Shown here: positions 38,960-51,835 of the stretch, one piece after another | Position numbering within the stretch: the stretch's first letter is position 1 | Layout: every line of letters starts with the position of its first letter | From: Vicugna vicugna | Lineage: Eukaryota | DNA length: 64,000 bases | NCBI GenBank assembly: GCA_013265495.1 | Contig: MU058418.1 | Location: 682,001 to 746,000, forward strand | Direction of reading: 5' to 3' | The notes under the pieces: generated by a model | Databases searched by the model: none | The model's input: only the letters and a program-made list of their open reading frames with translations | What the model was told of the DNA's origin: nothing | Position numbers and translations under genes: made by a program

Positions 38960-40010
38960 CTCTCCAGGTTCAGACAAACCCTCCTCCAGGGCAACAAAAA
39001 TTTACATACAAGGTCTCAGAGCTGCTGTTGGAAATCGTTGAGGAACCATGGAAAGGAGAGAAGTGCTAGAAGAGCAGAGGGGCGTGTTTTATCCCAATTT
39101 CCAAACAGGCTGGATTCTGGACGTGAATAATCCATTACAGAACTGACACTAAACAAATGGGTGAGCTCTTATAAGGAATGTGATCGTCACTAACATTGGA
39201 ACATTGGCTCTCTACGAGCAAGTTCCCTTAAAGTTTAAGGCTTAACCTAACTAGATTTATTGGGGGTGGGGGATGGATTAGGTTGGAAATCAGGAATGCT
39301 ATAACCGTGGGCTGTCTTGATTACCACAAAGTATTTGACAAAATTTCCCAATATTATTTCATGGATCAGATAGTAAATGTGAGTGGAAGGATAATACTTT
39401 GGGGCAGAATCATAATTAATGAGACACCACCCAGGTTCCAAGTTGCATGACTAATGACAGCACCAATCTGCAGGTTGTCTCTAGTGACATGCCACAGGCC
39501 TCTAGTTTTAGTTATATTCTCTTGGATGACATGGATGAAGATTTGGAAGCAGGCCTACCAAATAAGCAAATGACAGAAGTCTGGGAGGAATGGCTAATTA
39601 TACAGATTACAGAATTAAGATTCAAAAAAAATTTTTTTAGCCTGGGAGACAAAACCAATCAACTAATGTTTTTTTAAAAAATGAAATACTTAAAATCCTC
39701 ATTCACAGATGTACAGGAGAGACTTGACAGGCAAAGCTTCCTGTGTGAAAAAGATCTAGGAATTTTAGTTAACAAGAAGTCTTATTTAGATTATGGTGCA
39801 GGCTATTTTATCAAAAAGCTCTCAGGGTTATGTACAGCATCCAAATCAAGGGAAACAACCCCACTGTCTTCAGAACATCTGGAGTTTCACACTTGTTTCT
39901 GGGGGCAGAAATTAAAGCAAATATTAAACCCAAAAGGAGTGGAGAACAGCATATGGAAACTTTCCCTTGTGGAGCAGTTGAAATAATTGAGGCCCGTTGG
40001 CTTGGGGAAG
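38960..40010 (+). mobile_element. L3/CR1 LINE reverse-transcriptase remnant
   Basis: Degenerate RT motifs: 'cttgattaccacaaagtatttgacaaa' (LDxxKxFDK), VSSDMPQAS (cf. VTSGVPQGS) and EKDLGILV, typical of CR1/L3. Confidence 0.75.
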
Positions 40011-41216
40011 AGATGGACTATTCCACACAGCACAAGGCAAAACCAGGATCTAGCAGCAGACAGCCTCCAAAATGGCCCCAATGATCTCCAACTCCACTCT
40101 CACACTGTGTCAAGAATTTAAAGTAAATTACTAATGAAAATGTTGATTACTCAGAATTCTCACGATCTAAGACCCAGTATAACTCAAAAGTGGGAAAGCA
40201 GTAGTTAATGTGCTTCCTTACATCAGCAGCAAGGAGAACTAAGTGAGATGTTGTGTATTACAGCCAGTATGTATTTATTCTATAGGACAGGAAGCCCCTG
40301 CACATACGTGAAACACAGAACCAGTAACTGGGAATCGTACGAGACAGACAAATACTTAACACACGCTGAACAAGTGCAGGACATTGGGTTTCTCCTCACG
40401 GCTTCTGGGTGTGTGTCTTTCTCACTGTGAATCACCTATTATTTCTGCTTTCGACTCTTTGTAGGATGAGTTGCATCTTTCTATCTGGGGCAAATCCCAA
40501 AGTCTAAGAAGCCCAGCCAAGTAAGGACACTAGAGACTATTAAAATAAGAAGGTCAGTTTAGGAAAAGAAAAACATTTTATCCATCCTGAACATCAGCCT
40601 CTTTTCCTCTGGTCTTATTATCAGTCTCTTGTTATATTTCATACTAGATTTTCAAGAAATATCTTTGCCACGAGACCTGAGGGGCAGAGGTAATCAGTTA
40701 AGATGAAACCAAAGATGAGATCACAGCAGAGTGACTGGCAAAAGGAAGGTGCTCCACAGACGCTATTGGAGTCGTTCATACTGGGTTGGATTGAACAGAA
40801 CAGATTTTAATTGAAGTGCTCAGGATGAGGCATTTAATAAACTTTCATCCAATTGAACTGGACTGGCAAAATAAATCATAGGAAATCCATATGTATCCCG
40901 GAACACAGTGCAGTCTTCAGAAAGACTAATTCCCTGGTCCCAGAGCAGCCCAGACGGGCTCATTCAGGCATCTCTCTGTGTGCTAACAGGGAAATGTCTC
41001 TAGGATTTATTATTCCATTAGAAAATAACAGTAAGAAGTAGCCAAAGAGGCTGTACACTTACCTCAATTTTATGTTACTCAAATTGTATACAAGAAAAAG
41101 CATATATATACTTTTTAGAGCACATTTTGTTTAGTTTATTATTTAAAATCTACTCGAGTACACCAAACAAATGGTTGAACACTTTAACCCTATTCTTCGA
41201 TAACCTAGTTGAATAG

Positions 41217-41650
41217 AATATTAGTTTCCTAGCACTGTCATAATTAATAACCACAAACCTGTTGGCTTAGAATAATAGAATTTATTTTCTCACAGTTCAG
41301 GAGGACAGAAGTCTAAAATTAAGGTGTCAAGCAGGGTTTGATTCCTTCTTGGAGCCCTGAGGGAGAATCTGAGAGTCTGCTCCTTGCCTCTTTCCTGGAT
41401 TCTGGTGGTTGCCAGCAACTATATAACTTCAATCTTTTTCTCTATTGTCACATGGTCTTCAACCCTCTCTGTGTGTCTCTGTATCTCCACATGGCCTTCT
41501 TATAATGCACTAGTCACTGGATTTACAACCCATCCTAATCCAGTATGATATTATCTCAATTTATTTAATCTGCAAATTTCCAAATAACATCACATTTTGA
41601 GGTTCTGGATGGACATCAGATTTGGGGGGGGACATCATCCAGCCCCATAC
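41217..41650 (-). mobile_element. MaLR solo LTR (MLT1-like)
   Basis: 'ttagtttcct...aatttattttctcacagttc...aaggtgtc...ttgggggggggacatcatccagcccataca'. Confidence 0.85.
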
Positions 41651-41902
41651 AAGTAGTATGCATCAACTTTCATTTAGGGGAAATACTGTCTTTATCTTAC
41701 CAGCTATGGTGGTGTGTTAACTAGAACAGGAATTTCTATAGAAGTCTTTTGCTATAATTTGAGGCATTTTTCTTCCTACATCCCCTGGAAAGATGAAGCA
41801 AATCCGACAGCCCTTCTTATAATTTAACCATATTTTTTCATCTTCAAGCTAACTTGTGCAAGTGACTTTTTCCAATTAAATTTATATTTTACAAATAAAA
41901 AT

Positions 41903-44900
41903 ATTTTTTTAATTGAGATGCAATTTACACATAGTGAAATGCACAGGTCTTAAAGGTACATGGTAACAAGTTTTGACAAATGTATACACCAATGTAATTC
42001 ATATCCCAATTAGAATATAGAATATTTTCTTCACTGCAGAAAGTTCCTTTATGCCTCTTTTCAGCCAACCTCATTGCTCCAAAGCCATCTGCTATTCTGA
42101 TTTCTATCGCCATAGATTAGTTTTGTCTGTTCTTTAGTTTCATATAAATTGAATTATACAATATGTATTCTTTTGCATCTGGCTTCATTAGTTCATAAAC
42201 ATATTTTTGCATAAATCAGTAATCAATTTATTTTTATTGCTTACTAGTATCCCGCTGTGTGAATATACCACAATCTGTTAATCCATTCACCTGTTTTATC
42301 GTTAGACATTTGGAATGTTTCCAGTTTTAAGCTATTTTAAACAAATCTGCTAGAAACATTCATATACAAGTCCTTTGTGGACGTATGTTTTCATTTTCTA
42401 AGGCAAATACCTAGGAGTGGAATCTCTGGGTCATAGGATAGGTTTATGTTTAACTTTATAAGGAACTGCCAAACAGTTTTCCAATGGTGGCACCATCTTT
42501 CACCCTCTTCATGTGAAAGAGGGACAGCTGATCCATATCCTCACCAATACAGTGCTGTCAGTCTTTCATTTTAGCTATTCTAGTGAGTGGAATTTAATTT
42601 GCATTTCCTAGATGAGGAGAGGCTGAGCACCTTTCTTTTGTGTGTATTGGCCGTTCATGTACCTTCTGCTTAAAGTAACTGTTCAAGTATTTGCCCAAAT
42701 ATTTATTGGGTTGTTTGCCTTTTTTAAATTATTCAGCTGTAGGAGTTCTATATATATTTTGGATACAAGTCCTTTGTCAAATATCTGTACAACAAAACTT
42801 TTCTCCCAGTTCGTGGCTTGCCTGTTCTAGTGTCTTTTACAAGCAGAAGTTTTGTTTTGGTTTTTTTTTTTTCAGTGAAGTCCAATATAGCAATCTCTTG
42901 TTGAATCATGGGGTTTTGTGCCCTCTCTAAGAAATTTTTTCCCACCCCAAGATCATGAAGATATCCTCCTGTTTTCTCCTAATTTAGAAGCTTTGTGATT
43001 TTACTTATTACAGTTTAAGGTCTACGATTCATCTCAAATTAATTACTGTGTTCGGTGTGAGGTAAGGTTCAGGATTCATGCTTCTCACACATAGATATCC
43101 AGTCATCCCCAACACAATTTATTGAAAAGACTTTATCTCTCCATTGAATTGCTTGGTGCCTTTGTCAAAAATCAATTAACCATGTGAGTTTGAGTCTATT
43201 CCTGGATCAGGTATTCTATTTCATTAACATATTCGTCTGTTCTTATGCCAATGCCAAATTCGTTGGTCACTATAACGTTACAGTAAGTCTTAAAATCAGG
43301 TAATGTGAGTCTTCCAACTTTATTTTCCTTTTTCAAGGTTCTTTCATAATTTACATTTGAATTTCTACATAAGTACCAAAAACTTGCTGGCATTTTGATT
43401 GGGACTGCATTGATCTGTAAATCAGTTTGGGGAGAACTGAAATTTTACCGCTTTGGAGTCTTACAACCCTTACACACAGTGTATCTCTCCATTTATTTAT
43501 GACTTCTTTGGTTTTTCCTCAGAAATGTGTTTGTAGATTTTGGTGTTGATATCATGCATATATTTTGTTAAATTTATCATTAAGTATATTTTGGGTTTTG
43601 ATGCTATTGGAATGGTTCATTTTCCAACTTTTACATAGAAATATAATTGATTTTTGTACATCGACCTTGTATACTACTAGTAAACTACTTCTAAATAACC
43701 AGATTTAGTAAGTTTTTTATATTCCTTTAGACTTTCTATATTCACAGTCCTATCTGTGAATTAAAATATTTGTATTTTTTTCTTTCCAATCTTTTTGCTT
43801 TTTAATTTAAAATTTTCTTTTTCTTGCCTTGTTATAGTGGCTGGAACTTCCAGGATAATGCTGCACATAAATAGCGAAAGAGGATAGCCTGGCTTGTTCC
43901 TGATCTCAGAGGGAAAATTTTTTATTATATTATCTTTAAGCGTGGTGTTATCATAAGGTATTTAAAGATGCCTTTTATCAGATTAAGAAGGTTTCTTCTA
44001 TTCCTAGCTTCTTAACAATTTTATTTTGTTTTTGTAAATCAAGAATGGGCATTGAATTTTGCAAAATGCTTTGTCACCATCTATTGAGATGATCATATAA
44101 TTTCTATTTTTTATTCTGTTATTGTGAGAGATATTGGCTTATAATTTTATTTTCTTATAATATCCTTGTGAAGGTTGGTGACCGGGTTTATGCTGATCTC
44201 AAAAACAAGATGGGAAGTGTTCTCTCCTCCTCTACTTTCTCAAAGAGCTTGTGTAAGACTGGTATTATTTCTCCTTTAAATATTTGATAGAATTCACCAG
44301 TAAAGTCATTTGAGTTTGAAGTTCTATTTGTGGGAAAGTTTTGAATTATAAATTCAATTTCTTTAAAAGATAGAGGACTATTTTTGGTTTTCTATTTCAT
44401 CTTGTCTTAGATTTGGTAAATTATGTTTTTCAAAGAGATTTTTTGTTCGTGGCTTTATTAGCATAAATTATTCATAATAATTCCTTATTATCATTTTAAT
44501 ATTTTTAGTATCTATATGTGCATTTTTCCTTCTTTTTCTTGATCAATCTTCTTAGAGAGTATCAAATTTATTAATCTTCTCAATGGACCAATTTTGTCTT
44601 TGTTGGTATTTCTCTACTGTTTTTCAGTCCATTCATTTTTGCTTTTAACTTGATTGCTTCCTTCCTTCTACTTAGTATGAGTTTAATTTTCTCTTCTTTT
44701 TCTAGCTTTGTAAGTTGGAAGTTTAAATAACTGATTTTAGGCCTTTCTTCTTTTTCTAATATGAATATTTAACACAATAAATTCCTCTCTAAGCATTGCT
44801 TTAGCTACATCCAACAAATTTTAGTATGTTGAATTTTTTTCTTTCATTTTCTATCAGTTCAAAACATTTTATAATTTCCCTTATAAATTTCTCCTTTAAC

Positions 44901-46150
44901 ACAATGGTTATTTGGTGGTTTGTTTTTAATTTCATGTATTTAGGATTTTCCTGATAAGTTTCTGTTACTGACTTTTAAAACATTCTGTGTGACCTCAGTC
45001 CTTTGGAATTTATTGAGATTTATGGACCAATTTTTGGTCTATCTTGGTGAATGTTCCATGTGTAGTTGAAAAGAATGATTATTCTGCAGTTGTAGGGTAT
45101 AGTGTTCTATAAATACTAATTAGGTTAATTTGATTGACAGTGGTATTCAAATGCTCTATATTTTTACAATTCTTTGTCTAGTTGTTTTACCAATTACAGA
45201 AAGTACAGTATTAAAATCTGCAACTCTAACTGTGAATTTTTTCATTTGACTCTGTACTTCTGACAGATTTTACTACATACATTTTGAAGCTGTTATTGAG
45301 GTGCAAATACATTTAAGATTTTAATGTCTTCTTAATGATTTGACTGCTTTATCATTATGAATATCTCTATTTCTGATAAAACTGCTTGGCTTTAAGTCTA
45401 CTTTGTATGATATTAATATGTCACTCCATCTTTCTTATGATTAATGTTTGCATGTTTAGCTTTTATTGATCTTTTACTTGCAATCTAACTTCAATTGTAT
45501 ATTTAAAATATGTCTCTTGTAGCCAGTTTTCTAGGTTTTGTTTTTATTATCCAGTCTGATCATCACTGCCTGATTGAAGTGTTTGGTCCATTTATAATTA
45601 ATGTAATTATTGAGAAAGTTGACTTTGGGTCTACCATCTTACTATTTGTTTACTACATGTCCTTCATTTCTCTTTTCCTGACTTTGTTATTTCCTGAATT
45701 TTTTTTAGAATTTCATTTTACCTCTGCTTTTGGCTTTTTAGCTAGACATCATTGCTTTCTTTCTTAGCTGTGTTCAAGTTTACTTATTCATTGTTCTTCA
45801 ATGGCTAATCTGTTGTTAAACCCATCCAGTCATTTTTTTATGTCTTGTACTTTATTTCTCAGTTCTAGAATTTCAATTTCCACTTGTTTTTATTTTAGAG
45901 TTTTCATTTCTCTCCCGAAATATTCAGCTCTTTTCTTTAAATTATTTAACATATATATAATCATTGATTTAAAGTACTTATCTGATAATTCCAATACCTG
46001 GGCCATCCAGGGATATGTTCCTATTGCCTGTATTTTTTCTCAATCATAAGTAATTTTTTCCTGCTTCTTTACATCTCTCTCTCTCTCTCTTTATATATAT
46101 ATATATATATACACATAATAAATTGTATATCCAGAAATTGTGTATAGGAA
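41903..46150 (-). mobile_element. About 4.2 kb old L1 (L1MB/MC/MD-like): 3'UTR, decayed ORF2 and part of ORF1; same strand as SCML4
   Basis: T-rich plus strand. Minus-strand peptides LKKENKVGRLTLPDFKTY and GKNFL...K(D)LYPKYI are L1 ORF2-like. 3' end 'tttaattgagatgcaatttacacatagtgaaatgcacag'. Confidence 0.9.
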
Positions 46151-46524
46151 AATAGTGGAGAATGGAAAATAATGGTTTTGCTTAGTTTTGTTTATTTCCC
46201 AGATTGCAAACCCTTTCCTCTGCCAGGTGGCTATTCAGATTTACTTAGAATTGAGTTAAAATGGTGTTAAGCTGCAGCTCTATCTAGGTTGAGTTCACCT
46301 AAATTTATTTAGATTAATTTGCCCAACTCCCAACCAGTCTCCTCTATTTTTGTTTACCTTTGAATTCAACTCTTGCAGGGCCCACCAGAATCTAAAAACC
46401 AGGAGAATATTTGAAACTACATGGTTTTTCTCTGCCTACAAGCCCCTCCTCCACTGGTGCTGTCTCAAAAAATTCAGAAAGGGGGAGATAACAACACTGG
46501 TTTTTTTGTGTTCCATGTATGTAT

Positions 46525-47085
46525 TTTAGTGCCACATTAATTTATTGCTTCCCAGCAACAAACCCATGTTTCTTCATCATGTTCTGTGATACTGGAGCTA
46601 GATTCTACAGACTGTATTTCTCCTTTGCCATTTGGCTTGATTTTAGGCTCTGTCAACAGAGGGCATTGGAGAGACATTTCAAATCTGGAAGAGAAAAGAA
46701 GGGACTTTGTCTTCTTCCAGTGTTTCGTTTTACATGGTGGCAAGTGGGTCAGTATGCAGAAGCCTTGGCAGTGTTCCTAGAGAGAAGGATGTTTTTTGGG
46801 TTCAGCAGCAAGCTGTCTCCACCACATGTCAACACGCTGTTTCCACAGACAGAGGTCTGACCCTCAGTCTTACAGAGCCCCCTTCCTCTGAGTTTCTAAG
46901 TTCCTTCATTATTCACTTTTCCTTCAGCTTTAGGAATAGTTACTGCTCTCTGAAGTTACTACTTTAGAGTTCTTCTTTACCTCTTTCAATAATTAGCTGC
47001 CTTTTACCTAGTTAGCAACTCTTTATGTTAAATCTTTCCTATTCAAATTGTTAGTGTGATTTATGTCTCTGACTGAACCCAAGGA
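46525..47085 (+). mobile_element. ERVL solo LTR (LTR33/LTR50-like)
   Basis: 'ctgtgatactggagctagattctacagactgtatttctcctttgcca...tctgtcaacagagggcattggagag...aactctttatgttaaatc...tctctgactgaaccc'. Confidence 0.55.
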
Positions 47086-47711
47086 TCTTTCAGCACTTCC
47101 TACCAGCACACACTGTTACATAAAGTCCAAGTGATTTCTCCCTGTAAACTCTCTCTGTCTTTTACAAGTCCACGCCATTACAGACCCCAGTCATACTTTC
47201 ACTGATTCCCAGACAGTGCTATCTATGCACACACTATTCCCAACTCCTGCAGTCCCTTCCCCACCTCCCGTCCTAGCCTGGTGCGCTCAAAGTCATTCTT
47301 CCAGATGGTTCAGAGGGTATCTTCTTGAGGAAACTCCCCACTGCTACATCTACCTATACCTGCCCAGCCCTTGGGTATGGAAGCCAGAGTTCCCCGCCTA
47401 CCTAGGAAGGGCTCATTTCTCCCTGGAGTATAGTTCATCAAGGTTTCTTTGCATCCATCACTTTTTGCTAGTTCCATAGAAAAGTATGGGTTTTATTTTC
47501 CCAAGTTTTTCTTGTTCCTTCCCATGACCAAAAATATTTCACATTTCTTTACATCCTCACTGGAAGTAGAAGCCTCTAGACATTCTTGCATATGCAAGGA
47601 AAATTTCCGGAAGTATATGCTGTTATAATTCTAAAGACTGAGAAATGTGGAATGGGAGTGAGCACACAAGTGGGTAAAGAGAGAAATTTTTACTTTTTAA
47701 CTGTGATCTTC

Positions 47712-48280
47712 ATTAATTTGTTAATTTATTCAACAACAAATTATTGAGCACCTACTATGTATGTCAGTCTTCTGGGCACTAAGAATATAGTATAAACAAC
47801 AACCAAAAGTCACTGCTTTAATGGAACTTACATTCTAGTGGGGACAGACAGGCCATAAACAAACATAATACTAGAAGAATGAATTAGGTTAAGGAGGATA
47901 AAACCTGATGGCAATGAGGGTGCTACTTTATATTAATGGCCTGGGAAGGCCTCTCTCATCAAGGGGTATTTGAGCAGAGACTCAAGGAACTTGGAGAGTG
48001 AGCCATGAGGATGTGTGAATGAAGAGTGTTCCAGGCAGAGGAAACAGCAAGTACAAGAGCCCTGTAGTGGGCGATAGTACGGAAGTCAGACACTGGGCAC
48101 AGAGTGGCTGAGGATAGAGCTGGGAGACGAGGTAAGAAGGAGACTAAGGGGCCAGAGAGCGTAGTGCCCTGCAGACCATTTATGAGTATTGGTTCTTTCT
48201 CTGAGTGAGATGCAGAAGCACCGGGCATTTCTGAGCCAGAGAAGTAATGTGACTTGCTCTGGCAGCTCTGTGGAGAACAT
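47712..48280 (-). mobile_element. L2 fragment
   Basis: 'tttattcaacaacaaattattgagcacctactatgt...gtgttccaggcagaggaaacagcaagtacaagagccctg'. Confidence 0.85.
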
Positions 48281-50591
48281 GGCTACATGTTTGTTTCTGT
48301 ACCAGTTTACTGATTTTCATTTTAAACATAAACATGTGTGTGTACAACTTGCAGAACTCGAAAAAAATTTTTTTAAATAGATAAATAACCGTCAACAGCC
48401 TGTTACAAAGTTAAGTCCTGGTAGAAAGAACACCCACCATTGCCTGAGGCCAGACCCCCTGGGAAGGTAAGATGGGGTCCAGGGTTTGGCTTCTCAAGTT
48501 TCATTTCAGCCATACAGACACACGCCACCCAGAGGGGAGTCGAAAGGAGACAGAGAGAATGAGGGCCAGATTCAAATTGCAATATGTTGTTTATGCATCC
48601 AAGTAGACCTAATTTTGGAATCCAAAGACAATAACTTCATTTGATGCCCATGCATATGTGTATACACACACACACAATCTTCTAATTTTAAAAATTGTCT
48701 AGCACTCCAAATTTCTCCTGCTAGTAGAGGATGTTATCTAGTTGCTCCATTTTTTTCTTGTCCCTTGAAAGGAAAAAGTGTCGTGAAACTGGGGTTCTTG
48801 AGGCAGCCCAGAGCTGAGCTGGGCACGCAGCCCTCATCTGGGAAGAGGTCCTGCTCTCTTCTCAGACTGAGTCATGAGACCAGTACTGACCATCTGAGTG
48901 GGGTGGGTTGTGGCAGGGGTAGGGTGTGGGGTGGTCAAGTTCCTTTCTCCCCCTCATCCTTCTTACCAATTCCTTCTATGTTTGGCATAGGAGACACTCC
49001 CCGATGCTCGCTGCCCTCATGCACCCTGGGTACTGCTTACACAGGTGGGAGGTAGAAGCCTGCTCCATTGCTGGATATGAAGGATTGCGAATTCTTCCTA
49101 ATCTTGAGCTGAACCTTGCCTCCCAGAAAATTTTCTCCCCTGGCTCTAGCTCTATTTCTGGATTTACATGAGGAAGTCCACTTTCTCCTCCATATGGAAG
49201 ACTAATACTTTATGTTTCCAGAGGAAAATCATGGTGAGACTCACACCTTCAGCCTGCCTTTTTTGCCTTGCCTCCCTCTCTCCATTCCATACCCAGGGCA
49301 TGGTCCCCCTGATCCACAGACTGTCTTGCACACACTGCTCAGCCTGTTGGAATCCCTCCCCACCTGCCTTCTCTGCCCTGGCACACTCAAAGACACCCTT
49401 CCAGACAGCTCAGAGGACATTTCCTCGCAAGACTCCCCACCTCATCCAGCAAAGAGGACCACTCCCTTCTTACACTCCCATGGCACTTTGTAGGAACTCC
49501 GACAGCTGGCCTCTCAGTGCCCAGGAATGCTGTGTGTGTAACATGCCTGGCTCACTCCTCTGCACCCCCAACCAGATTGAGAGCTTCTCTCAGGCAGGAG
49601 CCATCTTGGTATCCCCAGGCCTTTCACAGGGATGAACATACAGCTGATGCTGAATAAGTGTATGTTGAGTAGATTAGTTAATTCTTTGATAAGCTCAACC
49701 TGGGCACCTATCCATTTTCAGGTACTTTTTCGAACAATAAACTGCCTGCATCTACCCCTCCCCTAACATCCCTGAGGACAAAGGCCCCTGCCCTTCCTTA
49801 AGCAGCTAGTGGAGGAAGAAGAAGACAGGTATTTATTAAGTGGCACCTGCCACCAGCCAAGCCCTGACACAGCGCCTTTCATCAATCACCTTGTTGCATT
49901 CTCATCCTCCCTTCCTGAGGGAGGTCTCGCTTTTCCCATTCCGTGGCTGAGAACCTTGGTGTTGTGTAAGTGGCCCAAGGTCTGTGACACTACAAATGGT
50001 GATGTGGAGGTGTGTGCTTGATTCTAAAGCCTGCCTTTCCCACAGCTCAGAATGCCTTTAAGAGAGGAAAACATAAGGAAGAAAAAGAAATTAACAAAGA
50101 GATTAATGGGAAAGTGAAGGCAGTTGGAGATCAGCTGGATAGAAGAGAAAAAGAATGGTAGCCAGGGGAGAATGTAAGGTCAAATACAGTGTCCTCCTCC
50201 TCCTCCTCCTTCTTTAAATCCTTCTTTTAAATAGAGGAGACTGAAGTGTGTTTTTAGGCAAAGAGTAACAAGATAGAGGGGAAGGTAGAATGTTCAAGAG
50301 AAAGTGCTGAATGTTTGGGTTGCAGTGGGGCACAGGTAGATGTTTTCAGTCTGGAAGGGGGGAAGGATGTTACTTTCTCAGACTCACCTGGAAGGAAGGG
50401 AGGCGGCTAGAGCCCGAGTGGGAACGTCACACTGTCAGCTCCGCCCATCGTCACAATCAGCCTGCACTGTAGATATTACTACCTGCCTTACAGGTGAGGA
50501 GATAACGGGTGTAGGGAGAGAAGAGAGGTGTCAGTAGGCTAGAGGGAGGGAGGGAGAGTTGAGGGTTGCACTGTTGCGGGTGCTGCAATCA

Positions 50592-50772
50592 AAATGGCCC
50601 CCAAACCTAAAATATTTGCTATTTGGTCCTTTACAGAAAATGTTTGCTGAGCCCTCTAGTGCATCATCAGCTCCATGAAAGCTGGGACCACAATTTACGT
50701 TTCCTTGTACCCCAGGACAGTGCCTGAAACACAGGGTGTCAATGGATGTTTTTAAAAATATGAATAAATGAG
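50592..50772 (+). mobile_element. MER58-like hAT end (about 50592-50658) abutting an L2 3' end
   Basis: 'ggcccccaaacctaaaatatttgctatttggtcctttacagaaaatgtttgctgagccct' followed by 'cagtgcctgaaacacagggtgtcaatggatg...atgaataaatga'. Confidence 0.65.
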
Positions 50773-51614
50773 AAAACATGAGATACCATCTTTTTCAACA
50801 GCAAGCTTATTCCCCCTCATTGTGAGGAATACTGAGATTTTAGTCTTTTTAAAGCAGCACATCCTGTCATTTTATACCCTCATTTTTTAAAAAGTGAGGG
50901 ATGGCAGCCACCGCAGGAATATTTACTGCAGCAACCTGAAACTCTGACACTAGACTGACTTTACAAGCCCTGATGTTTCTGTTAGATGAAAGCTGCCAAA
51001 CTACACCTGAAAACCCCAGTTATGCACAAACGCAGCCAAAGTCACATTTTCAACTTGACTCTGTGTTCTTCTAAACTATAAATTTTCCAACTTAGCTCAG
51101 TGAAGAGTGACGTAAAGAATCACATATGTGGTGAGCTGTTTTATAGGCCTTCGGATCTAAGAGCACATAGCTGCTATAACATTGGCAATGAGACCTGATA
51201 AGAAATCAGCCTGGTTCGCAAATAATAATGTTCCTAATTATAATAAGAACAATGGCATTGAAATGGACAGACACTATCTCCGAGGAGAACCTGGACCGGC
51301 AGGGGATCAGAGAGCATGAGAGCCCAGGGATTCAAGTGGAGAAGGCCATGGTTATGAGTTCTTGATCAAAAGATTCCCGTCAGCCTCAGAAGAATGTCTA
51401 AGGAGATGCTCCTTTTCTTTTCTTTCCTCATTGAATAAAATAAGATTTTCCACAGAGAGTCTTGTTGCCTACCACCTTCTCTACTTCTCCCGGGCAGCTT
51501 TCAACCTAGAGGGTCCCTTGTCAACTCAAGAAGGACAAACAATCAGAAAGAGATTTTGTCCTAAGAGACAGTTAACAAGGGCTCAGCTGACAATCCATGT
51601 GCTAAATGACAGAA

Positions 51615-51835
51615 TCATATTAGCTTCAATTTATTGCACACTGTGGACTGGCAATATGCTAAGTATTGGACTCATCTTGGCTCATTTGCTCCCCATAGCT
51701 ACTTGTGATGTAGGTGTTTGTGTCTACATTTGAACTGTGGGAAAGCTGAGGCTCAGAGAGATGAAAAGAGGCAATTTAACTATTTAAGGAGTAGCAGGGC
51801 TGGGATTCAAACTCTGAGCTGCCCAGACACTAATG
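51615..51835 (-). mobile_element. MIR SINE
   Basis: 'gggaaagctgaggctcagagag...gggctgggattcaaactctg'. Confidence 0.6.

Noticed and set aside
46648..46672. CTCF-like motif in an LTR33/50-like element
   Set aside because: Too degenerate (CAACAGAGGGCAT) to call without data.
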